Assembly: GCA_008632985.1 (NCBI GenBank)
Contig: QPGO01000001.1
Coordinates: 962,404 to 1,026,403 of the forward strand
DNA from: Psammoneis japonica
Taxonomy: Eukaryota
DNA: 64,000 nucleotides
Direction: 5' to 3'
The notes under the pieces were generated by a model. It searched no databases. It had not been told where the DNA came from and saw only the letters and a program-made list of their open reading frames with translations. This document shows, piece by piece, positions 47,755-59,699 of this stretch; position 1 is the first letter of the stretch, and every line of letters begins with the position of its first letter. The position numbers and the translations under genes were made by a program.

Positions 47755-48558
47755 TCCTAATGAAAGTGATGAAACTGACAAAAGAAAAAAGGATAGCTGA
47801 CAGCAATTGTTAAGTTCTAAACAAATGTATATCTCGCGACAAACTGTGCTTCCATGTTATTCGAGCTTCCGGTTACGGAGTTCACGAAACTGAGAGTCAT
47901 CTATCACATGGATGCCGGTGTCTGTCACATGGTCGTGCTTTTGCCAATTTCGAAACCAAATAATGCTTCGCTGTCGTTGCGACGCCGAAATGAGTATTGT
48001 AGGAATCAAGGTTCTCTAGAGAGCAAATCCTTGTCCATCCAAGCAGATACCTTCGTCGGCTGAATGCGGGTTTTTCGTGGGACCAATGCTGGGTGCGCGC
48101 AATTTGTGCTGACACAGCAAGCTACTGTATGTACGCCAATGCGCGGGCCACAAGCTTCCAAAGTGAAAGGTACTCCTACTCCTCTCTAGCTACTAGCTAG
48201 CTAGAGAGTAGCTCTACTAGCTAGAGAGAGCTTAGATAGATAACCATGCAGGCATCCAGCCATGCCATCCATGCAATAGAGCAAGTCAAAAAAATACACC
48301 CAGAAAGAGCACAACCGTCTATGATTGATGTGTCATCGCCTTTTCCGGGTTATTTTTTATTTTTCGCGACGCTTCCAACTTTTTCTCGTAATGATGCGCA
48401 ATGCAGGGGAAACACAACAGCACTTACTGTACTTCGAAGTAAGAGACACAGCGTTATAGAAGGGCACCGAGAGGACGAGCATAGGGAACCCACAAGTATC
48501 TTATCAATACCTTTTCGCTTACAAGCATATTTATTTACAGCGGCACCCAGTTAATTCC

Positions 48559-49197
48559 ATGGAAAGAATAATGACGAAGCTTCAAACAACGCATTCGCGA
48601 CTCAACTGGCTTCAGCGCGTTATGCTGCTATTCATGCTGCTGCTGCTTGTTGCGGTCGCGATCGCCGACGACCCTTCGGCCGCTCCCTCTGGTGTTCCAA
48701 CAACAACTGTCTCTTTGTCTCCATCAGCTTCTCCCTCGTCTTTGGGAAATGAAACAATTGTTCCGAGTTCTTCACCGAGCTCGTCTCCAACTTCTGCAGT
48801 GGCTGTACCCACGATAGCTCCATCTGCCGTTCCAAGTGCGTCTCCATCAAATGCTCCAAGCGTGCATATAGAAACTCCAAGTCCGACAATGGTACCAAGC
48901 ATGGCGCCAACAGCCGAAAAGAAGAAGAAAAAGCACACGTCTATTGGCAGAATCATTGGAAAGACGATTGCGTACTTGATTTTCATGGCGCTGAGTGTCT
49001 TGTTGTTTGGAGCAATCATGTCAAATCGGTACAGAATTTATTATGTTCTTCGAGGCGTATGGTATACCATGCTTGGATGGGAGTGTACCAGATGGATATT
49101 GGAGAAATTGCGCATCCGAAACGGGCCGGCTCCTTCTGGTTCTCTCAATGAGATTATCTTTGATGATCCTGGTGATTTGTCGCAGGGATTGTTGTAG
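48559..49197 (+). CDS. Type I membrane protein with Ser/Pro/Thr-rich stalk (212 aa)
   Basis: Hydrophobic signal, SPS/APS repeats, TM 'IAYLIFMALSVLLFGAIM'. Confidence 0.75.
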   Translation: MERIMTKLQTTHSRLNWLQRVMLLFMLLLLVAVAIADDPSAAPSGVPTTTVSLSPSASPSSLGNETIVPSSSPSSSPTSAVAVPTIAPSAVPSASPSNAPSVHIETPSPTMVPSMAPTAEKKKKKHTSIGRIIGKTIAYLIFMALSVLLFGAIMSNRYRIYYVLRGVWYTMLGWECTRWILEKLRIRNGPAPSGSLNEIIFDDPGDLSQGLL

Positions 49198-49858
49198 ATT
49201 GAATCGTTGTAGTTTGAATCTTTCAATAGTTTGACGACATATCAATTTGACGCTGTGGTATGATGTTTGGTGGAGAGCGTGATTAAGGTGGCTGCTCTGT
49301 TTTTTTTTAGGTCCAGTGATTCTCACGTGATTATTGTTTGAGCATCTCTTGGAAACGAGAAAAGAAAGGCCGCTGAGGCCGTCACAACTTTTGTGTTTAG
49401 ACACCCGTTGTACATACTATACTTGCTCTTTCATATTTGTCAAATGAAGCCATGATAGTTGTAGAATTTCGGAAGTTGTTTCAGCTCCGTTTATCTTGCT
49501 TGTATCGGACAAACTTGGGAAGGAGTACCGTACATGGGCAGAACCAGGGAAAAGACAATCATTGCCAGTTACTGACACCTAGAGGATTCACCCTCTGGAA
49601 GAGCAACACTGGTCAGTTCATAGCCGTCCGTGCCAACGCTACTCTTACAATCGGTTGCAAACACAACATCACTTTCTCGACAGCTGCCATAGCTTTGCTT
49701 CTTGCAACTATCATAGCGCAATTGAGACAATACACGTAATTACTATCGCAAGAAGACCGAATCTTCCTATACAGTTGATGCTGAATGAATGAAAAAATGG
49801 TCTACATGATTTTCCTACCCCAAAAGATACTGCTGCATTATTTGTTGAGCAGAAATGT

Positions 49859-51103
49859 CTACTTTGTGATTTGACCGAGCACTTGTTGAGGAGACATTTC
49901 AACCATCATTTGGAAGAATTTCTCTCCAGCCTCAGCCTTGAGTTCCTCTCCGGCCTTGCGACCAATATCTGCGGCATTCTCAATGGCACCCTCCGATGCG
50001 GTTTCGAATTTTTCCGATCCGTCTGGCATGGCAATAAGTCCCTTGAACACAATCTTTCCATCAATGATACGGGCTTGTCCGGCAATTGGTGTCTTGCAGT
50101 TTCCGTCCAGGGCTTCCAGGAAGGCACGTTCGCAGTCGACGCATGCCTTGGTGTCGGGATCATTCAGGGCCTCAATGTATTTTAGACTGCGCTCATCGTC
50201 TGATCGACATTGAATGCCAATGGCACCCTGTGCAACGGCGGGAAGCATCTCGTCCCAGTCCAAGACGGCGGTGGCGCATTCGTCCATATCCATACGCTTC
50301 AATCCAGCAATCGCCAAAAGAGTGGCGTCCACAACACCGTCATCGAGCTTTCGGAGTCGTGTCTGGACATTTCCACGAAAGTTGACGCACTTTAGGGTGG
50401 GATTCTGGGCCATGAGCTGAGCCTGGCGACGGAGGGAAGCGGTACCAATCACAGAGTTATCGGGCAAATCGGCAATGGACTTGACACTGCCGTCCTTGTA
50501 GATAAAGGCATCATTGGTGTCCTCACGAGGGAGGTTGCAGGGAAGGACAGTGCCATCTGGGAGCCAGGTGGGCACATCTTTCATGGAGTGAACGCAAATG
50601 TCGACTTCGTCGCCGAGAAGGGCAGTATCCAGTTCCTTTGTGAAAAGACCCTTGCCGCCGAGTTCCATAAGGGACTTGTCGAGAATCATATCTCCTTGTG
50701 TCTTCATCACACAAATTTCAATAGCACCATCTTCCTGAAGCTCCGGAAATTGCTCTCGCAGCCGTTTGCGGGTCTCGTATGCTTGTGCAAGGGCGAGGGG
50801 CGAACCACGGGTACCGATTCTCAAAGGCTTGACACCCTCTGATTCTTCTTCAGCCATAAACAACACCTACAAATTATCACAAGGATAAGACATTTAACCG
50901 TATCGTCAGTTTCATCGCTGCACTTTGTCACTCATCGTCGTCGTGTCGGTCGGCACTCTGAAAAAACCGACTTGGTGCTTTGAGCATATCACAAAACTCG
51001 CGCAACTTACATGACTCTGGCTTCTTGAAAAAGTCTGTGAGGCGGGAGCAAAGGCAGCGGCAGAGCCGACAAGAAGGGCAGCAACGGCGGTCGTAAACTT
51101 CAT
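49859..51103 (-). CDS. hemC: Plastid-targeted porphobilinogen deaminase (hydroxymethylbilane synthase); intron 50867-51010
   Basis: 'RIGTRGSPLALAQ', 'GKGLFTKELD', 'VHSMKDVP', 'FRGNVQTRL'; exon 1 MKFTTAVAALLVGSAAA-FAPAS. Confidence 0.97.
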
Positions 51104-51509
51104 CGTGAGATGATGTTGTTTCGTTGCGGAGTGAACAGTGAACAGAAAGAACGGTGATGGTGGTCCGGGAGCAAGAACCAAAGCCAAAGGCAACTTCAAC
51201 TTCTACGACGGCTTTGATACCAGCGCCTACGCAGCATATCCGGGTTTGTTATGTACTGACGTTTCTCGTGGGACGAGATCCGACCTCAACTTGGGTGATC
51301 GCAGTACAAATCCTACGTAGAATCTACACCTTCCACGTTACAGGCTTGCAGTGGAACGATCCTCCAACGTACGGTACAATGACAGACCGACCGTTTTTTT
51401 TTGTTCGGCCTCGCCTCCCGGAACAACGCCGCATTTTGGAATCGCCTTGGCCGGCTTGTCATCTCATGCCTTCGTCCTTTTGTTCCTTCGATGGAATGAC
51501 TGTAATACA

Positions 51510-52136
51510 ATGAAGAATTTTATTGTTTTGTTTTTGTCTCTGTGTCTGTTCTATTTCAAGAACACAAACGCTCTGGCATGTCGGAGTCACTTTACATCCG
51601 GCAAATTCAAAGCAAGCTTCACCGGTGTAGAGGCCAATCATGGTTGTCGATCTAGGCGCTCGGCATGGTCCATGGGATTGCAAATCAAAATTAGAATAGT
51701 TGGAAGAAAGAATGGCAGCGAAAAATGGTTGGAGGATGCGTACTCCATGTACGAAACCCGCCTCCGGCCGTCCAATGTTGACGTGGAGACTGTTTGGCAC
51801 AAGAACGACATTGATCTCATCAAGGGGGTCAACACGGACAACAAAAAAGGCCATTCTGTCGTATTGCTAGATCCAAAAGGAAAGATTCGAACGAGTGAGC
51901 AATTCTCTGATGACATGTACAATTGGCTGGATGAGGGAGGTAGTCGATTGGCTTTTGTAATTGGTGGTGCCGAGGGACTTCCTGCGGAACTACGATATGG
52001 AGACAAGGGATCGAGTGCTTTTCCCATGTTTAGTCTTAGTTCTTTGACATTTACCCACCAGATTGCAAGGACGTTGCTCATGGAACAAATCTACCGCGCT
52101 TCGGAGATTCGAAAGGGTTCAGGATATCACAAATAA
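51510..52136 (+). CDS. rlmH: 23S rRNA pseudouridine-1915 N3-methyltransferase (SPOUT) with organellar presequence; divergent from hemC
   Basis: 'VVLLDPKGK..SEQFS', 'FVIGGAEGL', 'SLSSLTFTHQIARTLLMEQIYRA..I..G..YHK'. Confidence 0.92.
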   Translation: MKNFIVLFLSLCLFYFKNTNALACRSHFTSGKFKASFTGVEANHGCRSRRSAWSMGLQIKIRIVGRKNGSEKWLEDAYSMYETRLRPSNVDVETVWHKNDIDLIKGVNTDNKKGHSVVLLDPKGKIRTSEQFSDDMYNWLDEGGSRLAFVIGGAEGLPAELRYGDKGSSAFPMFSLSSLTFTHQIARTLLMEQIYRASEIRKGSGYHK

Positions 52137-53399
52137 TGAGCTTGGGATCATGGACGCTGCATTGAGTCTTTCTTCCAATTGCCGCGATTCTGTAGGCGAT
52201 TGCACGCTTGTCGGAGAGAAACTTTACCACTTGATTACGGAATCACTCATTTTGACATCACTTTTACGTGCATTTATTGTCATTTATCATGCAGGCTATG
52301 AGAAAAGTTGCTATATACTTTGAAGTTCCACACGAAGCCAGCGACGGTGTTATGAAAGCAAGAATGGCTTGGTATTGGCGATGATTGTATATGTTTGTTT
52401 GCCAAAGATTTCACCACCCTTTCTCCTTTTTTGAGTCCACCATTGGGCAAAGCAAATGCTGAAACTTTTTCTTGCGGTGTCTTTGAATATGTCAACAATG
52501 ATTTAGATATCCGAAATGGTGTTTGAAGCAATTGAAGAACTCGACGTTTTCAAAAATCCTTGTCGACAGGCGTCAGGTAATTGGCACCAAGGCACAATTG
52601 TCATTGTTGAAACGAACATACCGGTGGCTGTTGAATGCGTTCTTTAGAGTGGATATTTCTCCTGCAGAGACATCATGTCACTGCTGGAGGTGTCTTTAAG
52701 CTTCTGATATAGCTGCAGCCAGCTCTAGGAATGCGGTGTGGGCTGCAATTCACCACAATGTACCGGTCAACAAATGTAGACATTTGGAGATTCATTATGC
52801 CTACGGTAGCATTCGAGTTCATGTATAGGGAAATTTTCATACCTCTGCAACCTTTCAAGAGCCGTCTCTAGAGCCATCAAAATCGTAAAAAACGAAGGTT
52901 GAGTTCTTGCGTTGCCTGACGCCTCCGCGCTCGGTAGAGAGAAAATAATAGGGTGCCGATAGAAGCAGAGGAGGCGGGAGGGGAGCGAATATATCTGAAG
53001 GTTGACTTTATTTATGCGGCGGCTCCCCCCTTTTTTCCGTCTTCCATTGTGGTCCTCATCGACAATGACAATGGCCTGCAAATGTCACGCAACTGATGTT
53101 TGGCATCATGTGGCACTCAACCACAGGCGGCCACTCCCAGCAAGTTTGTTTTTGAAAGAAGGAAATCCTGTGCTCAGAAGCAACAGAACTTTTGTGTCAG
53201 AGTCAAGGACTGTGGCTGTGATGGCATCACCAGCAACAGCAGTGGCAACAATGTCAGAAAACTGGTCCACATCAACATTGGATCAATGGGAACAGGAACA
53301 CAACATGGAACAACACAGAGTGCAATCAGCACTGGTGGTGACTGTTGTGGCAGGACAACCTCCTCTGCAAATTTGAGGGTTTCATTTCTTTTTTTAGAT

Positions 53400-55830
53400 G
53401 TGCATGAAACAAACATGTGACAAAATTTGTGGCAATCAGTTTGACCTCATTTCACACACAACAACATCACAGCAACAATGCCACAATGTTGGCAATGGCC
53501 ACATGACACTGACAGCAAGCTTTTCCCAAAATTCCACTGTCCCTTGGTCTTCTTCCTGCTCATGGCATTTTGGAGCATGAAGATGATGAGAATGCCAAAG
53601 AGGAGCTTCGTCACAAGCGCCTTTGCAAACGACTCATAATTCTGGGTGTTGCAGTGTTGGCCATTGCAGCAATTGTCGGCATTGCTGTTGGCGCATCTTC
53701 TGATGATGGCAGTGGCGACATTGACAGTGAGCCAGGCAACACTGCCATTGAAAAAGATTTTTGATTGGCAATGAATTTGGTTGGTGTCAATGCCGAGTTT
53801 GATCAAGAAGACTCTGAATTGTGGGCCACCACAACCAAGACATTTGTCGAGGATTGCTGCAATGCTTGTCATCATCATGGCAAACTTGGTCTCTCCCTTT
53901 GTAGCTTGCAGTTGTCAAAAGTGCAAGATGTCAAGACTGCACTGCAAGTTGCCAATGACATTGTGGTTAAAGATGGCAGTGGTGGAGAATCTTCTCTGCA
54001 AATCGCGCACAACCAGACCGTCACGCACACTCTTCACAGCAGCAGCAAAGATGTTTCAATGGAAGCAATTGCAACAGAGCCATTCAAGAAGTCTGTGATG
54101 AGGTTGGCCTGTGTGACAGAACTTCAGTCGGCAGGTGAAAATGCCGGAAGTGATGCTTTTGACAATTTGGTTGGCGCTGGCGAAGCACCAACAACACCCA
54201 ATCCCAGTGGTGGTGGTGGTGGTTTGCCGCCAAATGGGACGTGGAATCCCGTTGGTCAAGTCTTGCACAGCAAAGTGGAAGATGATTGTTTTGGCAATTC
54301 TGTCTCCTTCTCTTGTGATGGTGGCGTCGTGGCTGTTAGAGCAGATCAATCGGGTTCTTCTTCCAAACCCGGCTGTGTTGTTGTCAATCAATGCAATCCC
54401 GCTGCCCAACAATGGATGCAGATTGGCCAAGAGTTGGTTGGACAAGCCAGTGGCAACCAATTTGGCGAGTCTGTTTCTTGCCATTGGAGCTGATGTGAAT
54501 GACAGTGGCAGATTGGATGCCAGCCACATTTTGAGTGTTTGAACACAACTCTGCACTGGATCATTGGGTGCAACTTGGCAGCGACATTCTTGGACAAGTG
54601 CAACACACAGCCACTGACAAGAGTCAATGCATCACGGCGACGTGTTGCAGCCTTTAAATGTCACAAAGGGCGTGACAAAAACAACCTTTTGTCTGCATGC
54701 ATGCTGCGTTGTGAATTCACAGCGGAGTGGTTCATCTCGTGACCATTGGGCAGGAGGCCAGGGGTTCGAAACCCTGAGTGGGAGTTGTCTGCAGCAACGT
54801 TGATCACTGTCGAACGCGCAAAACTCTGTGCAGTTCTGTGTGTTCCTTCGCACGTACCCACACTGTTCCGCCAAAACCGTGCAGTGTCAGCACACGTCAG
54901 TAAAGAGCCGCATGGACGCGTGATGCATGGGGAGGAGTGCAATGTGCAGCTGCTGATAAGAGCCAATGTATCACGGCGACGTGTTGCAGCCTTCAAATGT
55001 CACAAAGGGCGTGACAAAAACAACCTTTTGTCTGCATGCATGCTGCACAAGGTGCTGGTGTGATCAGTTTGGTTTTTCTGCATCACTCTTGGGCACGGGA
55101 GACATTCTTGCTGCAGGAGTGTGGCATGATGACACCGTGATTGGCAAGGATTCAGGGTCTGTCCAATTGTTTCAGCACAAACGCAAAGATTCATCTTGGA
55201 GCCAACTTGGGCAGACACTGGTTGGCCATGCTGCATGTGATCAATTTGGTCGCTTGGTCTCCATGAGTTGATCAGGAGGCGCCGCTGGCATTGGAGCTGA
55301 TGCGAATGTCTTGGGTGGACACCCTGTTGGTCAAGTGTCAGTTTTTGAGCACAGCTCTGCATCGTTGAGTTGGGATCCATTGGGTTTTCCAATTCTTGAT
55401 GAAGTCGAACGTGGCTTGTTTGGAGCTCCTGTTTCTCTAGATGACAGTGGTTTGATCGTGGCAGTTGGTGCCCATGAAAGTGAGAGAGTTCTGGTTTGTG
55501 CACGCGACCGTTCTGCATCAAAATGGAGCCAATGTGGCCAAATTCCACTCATGCAACAGCCTTGCAATGATTTTGGTTGGTCAGCGTCATTGAGTGGAAA
55601 TGGAAATGTCTTGGCTGTTGGAAGTTTTTCTCATGACGTCAATGGATCAACCAACATGGGTCAAGTTGCAAACTTTCAACATGACACCACATCAAAATGG
55701 AAACAAGTTGGCGATCCTTTAAATGGCGAGGCTGAAGGGGATGAATTTGGATGGTCCATGTCCTTGTTGGCAGACGAAAGCATTGTTGGAGTTGGCGCAC
55801 CTTGGGCCAATGTCAACGGCAGTGATTGAT
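53400..55830 (+). pseudogene. TpA-stripped paralog of the FG-GAP-like membrane protein at 24451-27850
   Basis: Collinear matches: LVGVNAEFDQEDSELW, GQVLHSKVEDDCFG, QQWMQIGQELVG, SQLGQTLVG, PLNGEAEGDEFG. Stops, frameshifts and a TRIM-like insertion present. Confidence 0.85.
54599..55047 (+). mobile_element. TRIM-like miniature LTR element (449 bp): ~109-bp LTRs, polypurine tract, 4-5 bp TSD, internal tRNA-like A/B boxes
   Basis: Repeats 54599-54707 and 54938-55046; TG...CA ends; GGGGAGGAG immediately before the 3' LTR; (A)CAAG on both flanks. Confidence 0.8.
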
Positions 55831-56099
55831 CCGGACCCGCATGTGCATTCTTGGCAAACAACAGCTGGAAATGCATTTCGCATCATTTGGTCCTTTTCCA
55901 TCAACTGCGCTGCATTGCTTCATTGGTTCATTCATTGCATCCCAACAGTGTTGCACAATGACAACAACATGGGACGATTCTTCAATCTGCAGCCATTGGG
56001 TCTGTCTGTCACTGCTGTTGTCAGGCCTTCACATTGCTGCGGCATGGCATCTGCCGTGCTGCCCTCCTCTGACAGCAAACGCTGCAAAACAGGGAAGAT

Positions 56100-58400
56100 G
56101 ATGCAAGGCCTGAGTGCAGTTTGAGTCTGGCCAATTGCAGACAGATGTCCAACACTGACTCAGCCCTCCAACGCTGACTCGCCTGTGGCCAATCTGATTG
56201 CAACCCCCTCAGTGTGGCCGCTCTTTGCTCATTTTTGTTGCAACAACAATGAACAGATTTTAAGCAAGAAGGCAGGGCCTGTGGTGCAGCAAACTCCCTC
56301 TCTGCTCTCTTTCTTGCACCATGGCTGACCAAAGGAGGTGCAGCTCTGGCCATTGGAGATCCAAATTCACCACAAGTGTGGTGGCACGCACATCATTGCT
56401 GGGCACAACAGCAAGTGCAAAAGGCACAAGCAGCCCACTTCTGCAGCCACAGCAGCTGCTGGTGCAAGGTCAGCAGCTGCCACCAGTGCATCAACCAGCT
56501 CAAGCCCTGGGCCAGCAGCAGCCAGTTGCAGCACCACCTCCTCAGCCTGGACATGGGCCTGCCACTTCCTTGGGGTGCCAGCATGTCTCACCCTGCCGGC
56601 AACTTTTCTTGTGCAGCTGAGGACCCTTTTCAAGGTTGTCATGCAACTGTGAATGCTGCACAGGGTGCACAATGCCAAGGAAGCACTGCACATGTCCCGC
56701 GGGTGATGCTGGTGGGAGCACAGTGCAGTTTCTTTCTCTGGTTTGCCAGCAGCATTGTGCTGCAAGCTTGTCATGCAGGGACCTGATGAGTTGGAGAGGG
56801 CAAGGCCCCAGAGGATCCTCAATGGCAGTGTCTGACCCCAAGCACTGCTTGTCTGAAAAACCCAGTTGTTGGCCAATGACTGGCTCAGGTGACAAGAATG
56901 CATGGATCCCCCCACCAAACCTTTGGACCTGACTGCCACATTTGAGGACATTGATGAGCAAAAGGGCTGGCAGGCACCAACCTTTCCCAGCCACCACCCG
57001 CAGTTCCCAAAGACTGTGTTGGCACTCAGCGCCACTTTCCAGATCTTGGGGCTCATGTCAGGCGCATGTCATTCACTGCTGCACACTGGGCCATGGATGC
57101 TCAGGCCAGAGCCCCTCCCCAGCCACCAAACCCCAGCTCTGGTGGACCAATGCAGAAGCAGGGGGGGGCAGCACAAATGATCTTTCAGCCCTCCCAGCTC
57201 CTGAGTCACAGCATCAAGGCAGTGAAGGTGCATTGCTGTCAAAGCAATGCACCCTCTGCCACAATGTCCTCATGTGCGTGGCACGCCAAAGGCACACACA
57301 ATGACATCTGTGGTTTTGCAGTGGATCACAACCCCACATGGAAGAAGAGGAAGTCAAACTGTGTGACTGATGCAAAATTAAATGCAAAATAGATCAGGGC
57401 TCTGGTGCTGGGAGTGGCTGTCAACTGGCTTTCATTGTCTGTCCAGGTTGCATCTGCACCAGCTGCACACAACAAACACCATGTGTCAATGTTGGCAGCA
57501 CCTTGTTGTGCTGCCCCAGACAAACCATGCAAGACAACAAGAAGTGACATTGACAAACTCAATTGCTCTGACTTGGCTGCACTTTTCCACACATGCCAGG
57601 GGCATGGCAACTTTGCTCTTTGCAGATTGCCATTGCCTCAGGCACCACCCAGCCCAACAGTGTGTCTGACAGCTGGGCAGCCACAGCACACCAGCAATGG
57701 TCCAAGCAGCCCCTCCTTGGCTCCTTGCAAACAAGAGTGCAGCAGTTGTGCACTTGGCTCTCACAAGTCAGCATTCAAGCACCTCAAGGTTTTAGGTTCA
57801 AAAGGCTTTGGGGGTGGCACTTTCCCATGCTGCTGAGTGCACTGTCTCATTGGCCCTCAAATCACCAGCCCCACAGGCATGGCTCCATGGCATGATTGCC
57901 AACCATGAAGTGTTGTGGACTGTTTGTGCCACACCAAAACTCAATGAAAACTTTCATGGCAAAGTCGTGGGCTCAGATTGCAGTGGAGACACACAGTTTT
58001 GCCCAGTTTTGGCAGCAGTGTGAAAAATGTCCTGCACCTCTGCCAACATGATGCCCACAGTGCAGGAGATCATTTTTGTCCCACCACCCTTTTGGACATC
58101 ATGCAAACTGCAAACCCTCCAACTTGCTGTCTGTGTCCTTGGCCTCACCTGCACCAGGTTTTGCCAGCTGACATCTCTGCTCTCACTCCCTTTGTGATGG
58201 CAGCACCAGTGCTCTGCTTTGTGCTCAAGTGTTGACTTGAACATCATCCAGCTCATTGGGCACTGGCAGTCTGACAAAATGCTTCATTGCCTCTGCATCC
58301 AAGCTGAGCCAGTCATGCAAAACATGTCAGCACGAGTGCCATCCATTGGCTCCTGCTCTCCCTTGTCTGATGTGCAACCACAAAGATCCTCTGTTTTCAC
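56100..58400 (+). mobile_element. Decayed tyrosine-recombinase (Ngaro-like) retrotransposon remnant
   Basis: 'VDLNIIQLIGHWQSDKMLHCLCIQAEPVMQNMSAR' matches the YR C-terminal box (I..lGrW.Sd.m.rYl); catalytic Tyr reads Cys. 5' boundary approximate. Confidence 0.6.
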
Positions 58401-58749
58401 CCCACACTTCACTCCCACCCAAGTTTGTTGGCCTGCCTTCCACAGATGGCAGATCCCACCAAAAGTGGCCTGGGAGCCAGCAATGCCAGCTTTCTCCATT
58501 GTGAGTGTTCAGGAGCTCAAGCTTCAAAGAGAACAGTGCAAGGCCTGCTCACAACAGCTTGAGTCTGGCCTGTCTCATTCTTTGCTGTTGTTGCACCAAC
58601 AGCAACAAGCAGATTTAAAGGACCCCCCATCACCTGCCCACAGGCTCTGTGGCAAGTGGTCTGGGGTTTGAGCTCCACAAATGGACCTTTGCCACCATGT
58701 CCAAACTTGGCCCTGAAGCCAGCTCCTGTGCTGTTTGGAGCTGTGTTGG

Positions 58750-59166
58750 CTGCAGAAAAACACTCTCCAAAGGTCAAAAAAAACCCAATGGCACACAGAT
58801 TCTACACACTTGTGCACCACAAGCTTTTTGTGTTGAGCCAAAATGTCAAAAGCATGGCCAGCATGTGCTCACTCTGTGGCCATTGGTGGGTCCATCTGCA
58901 ACCATTGTCACCCAACCTTTGCTTTGCTGCAGCATGGTGCCTGCCAAATCCTCTGATGGCAAGTGCAGAAAAATTTTCTCTGAATGACAGAAAAAGCTTG
59001 GTTCCATGTGTGCTCTGTGAGTTTTTTGTGCTGAAGTGAAAATGTTGAAAAAATGGCTGGCATGCACTTGTCATTCCTTTGTGCATGCCAGTGCATGACA
59101 ACACATCATTTCTGTGGGCTTTTCAGTGTTGAAATTTTCTGATCTTTGGAGAATTTTTTTCTGCAT
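58750..59166. mobile_element. Possible decayed MITE
   Basis: tgcagaaaaacactctccaaaggtcaaaaa (58751) and tgcagaaaaattttctc (58964) are inverted relative to ttttctgatctttggagaatttttttctgca (59135-59165). Confidence 0.4.
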
Positions 59167-59699
59167 TGGCAATCAGAGTCTGTGGAGTGCCTCACAAGAA
59201 AACAATGGGTGGAGGACAAATGGGGCATGAAACAGATGCACAGATGATGGCCACAGATTGGGCACACTTGCCAGTCCTTCACACAGGACAAATTGTGGTC
59301 ATTGCATGCTTTTGCAGGCTTTCCCCAGCATCAAAGCTTTCGGACAATTGGAAAATGTGTTTGCCATCAGAAAGTCCATGGAATGGTTTGGAGAAAAGGA
59401 TTGAACAAAGGGCAAATGGTGAGGCACAGGCATGCAAGGGGTGGCTGCAGAGTGTGGGATGATGGACAAACAGTGAGGCAAAGACATGCAGGCCAGAGGG
59501 CAGCCACAGAGTGCAAACAAGGCACTCCATGCACTGTGCCTGATGAACAGACTGCACAGTGGACAAAAAACAAAGAGATCGCAAAAGGCAAAAATTGTGC
59601 TCCACTTCATGCTTTGTGACTCTGGTCTCAGGCTGAAGGGGCAGCAAAATTGCTCTGCATTTGTCAGTTGCTGTCAACTGTTTGTGCTCTCAGGTTTGC

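Noticed and set aside
52300..52880. Minus-strand gene starting MALETALERLQ
   Set aside because: Several stops and no recognisable family; at most an unassignable pseudogene fragment.
54720..54780. Functional tRNA gene
   Set aside because: A/B boxes are present but I cannot build a convincing acceptor and anticodon stem; it lies inside an LTR-bounded element.
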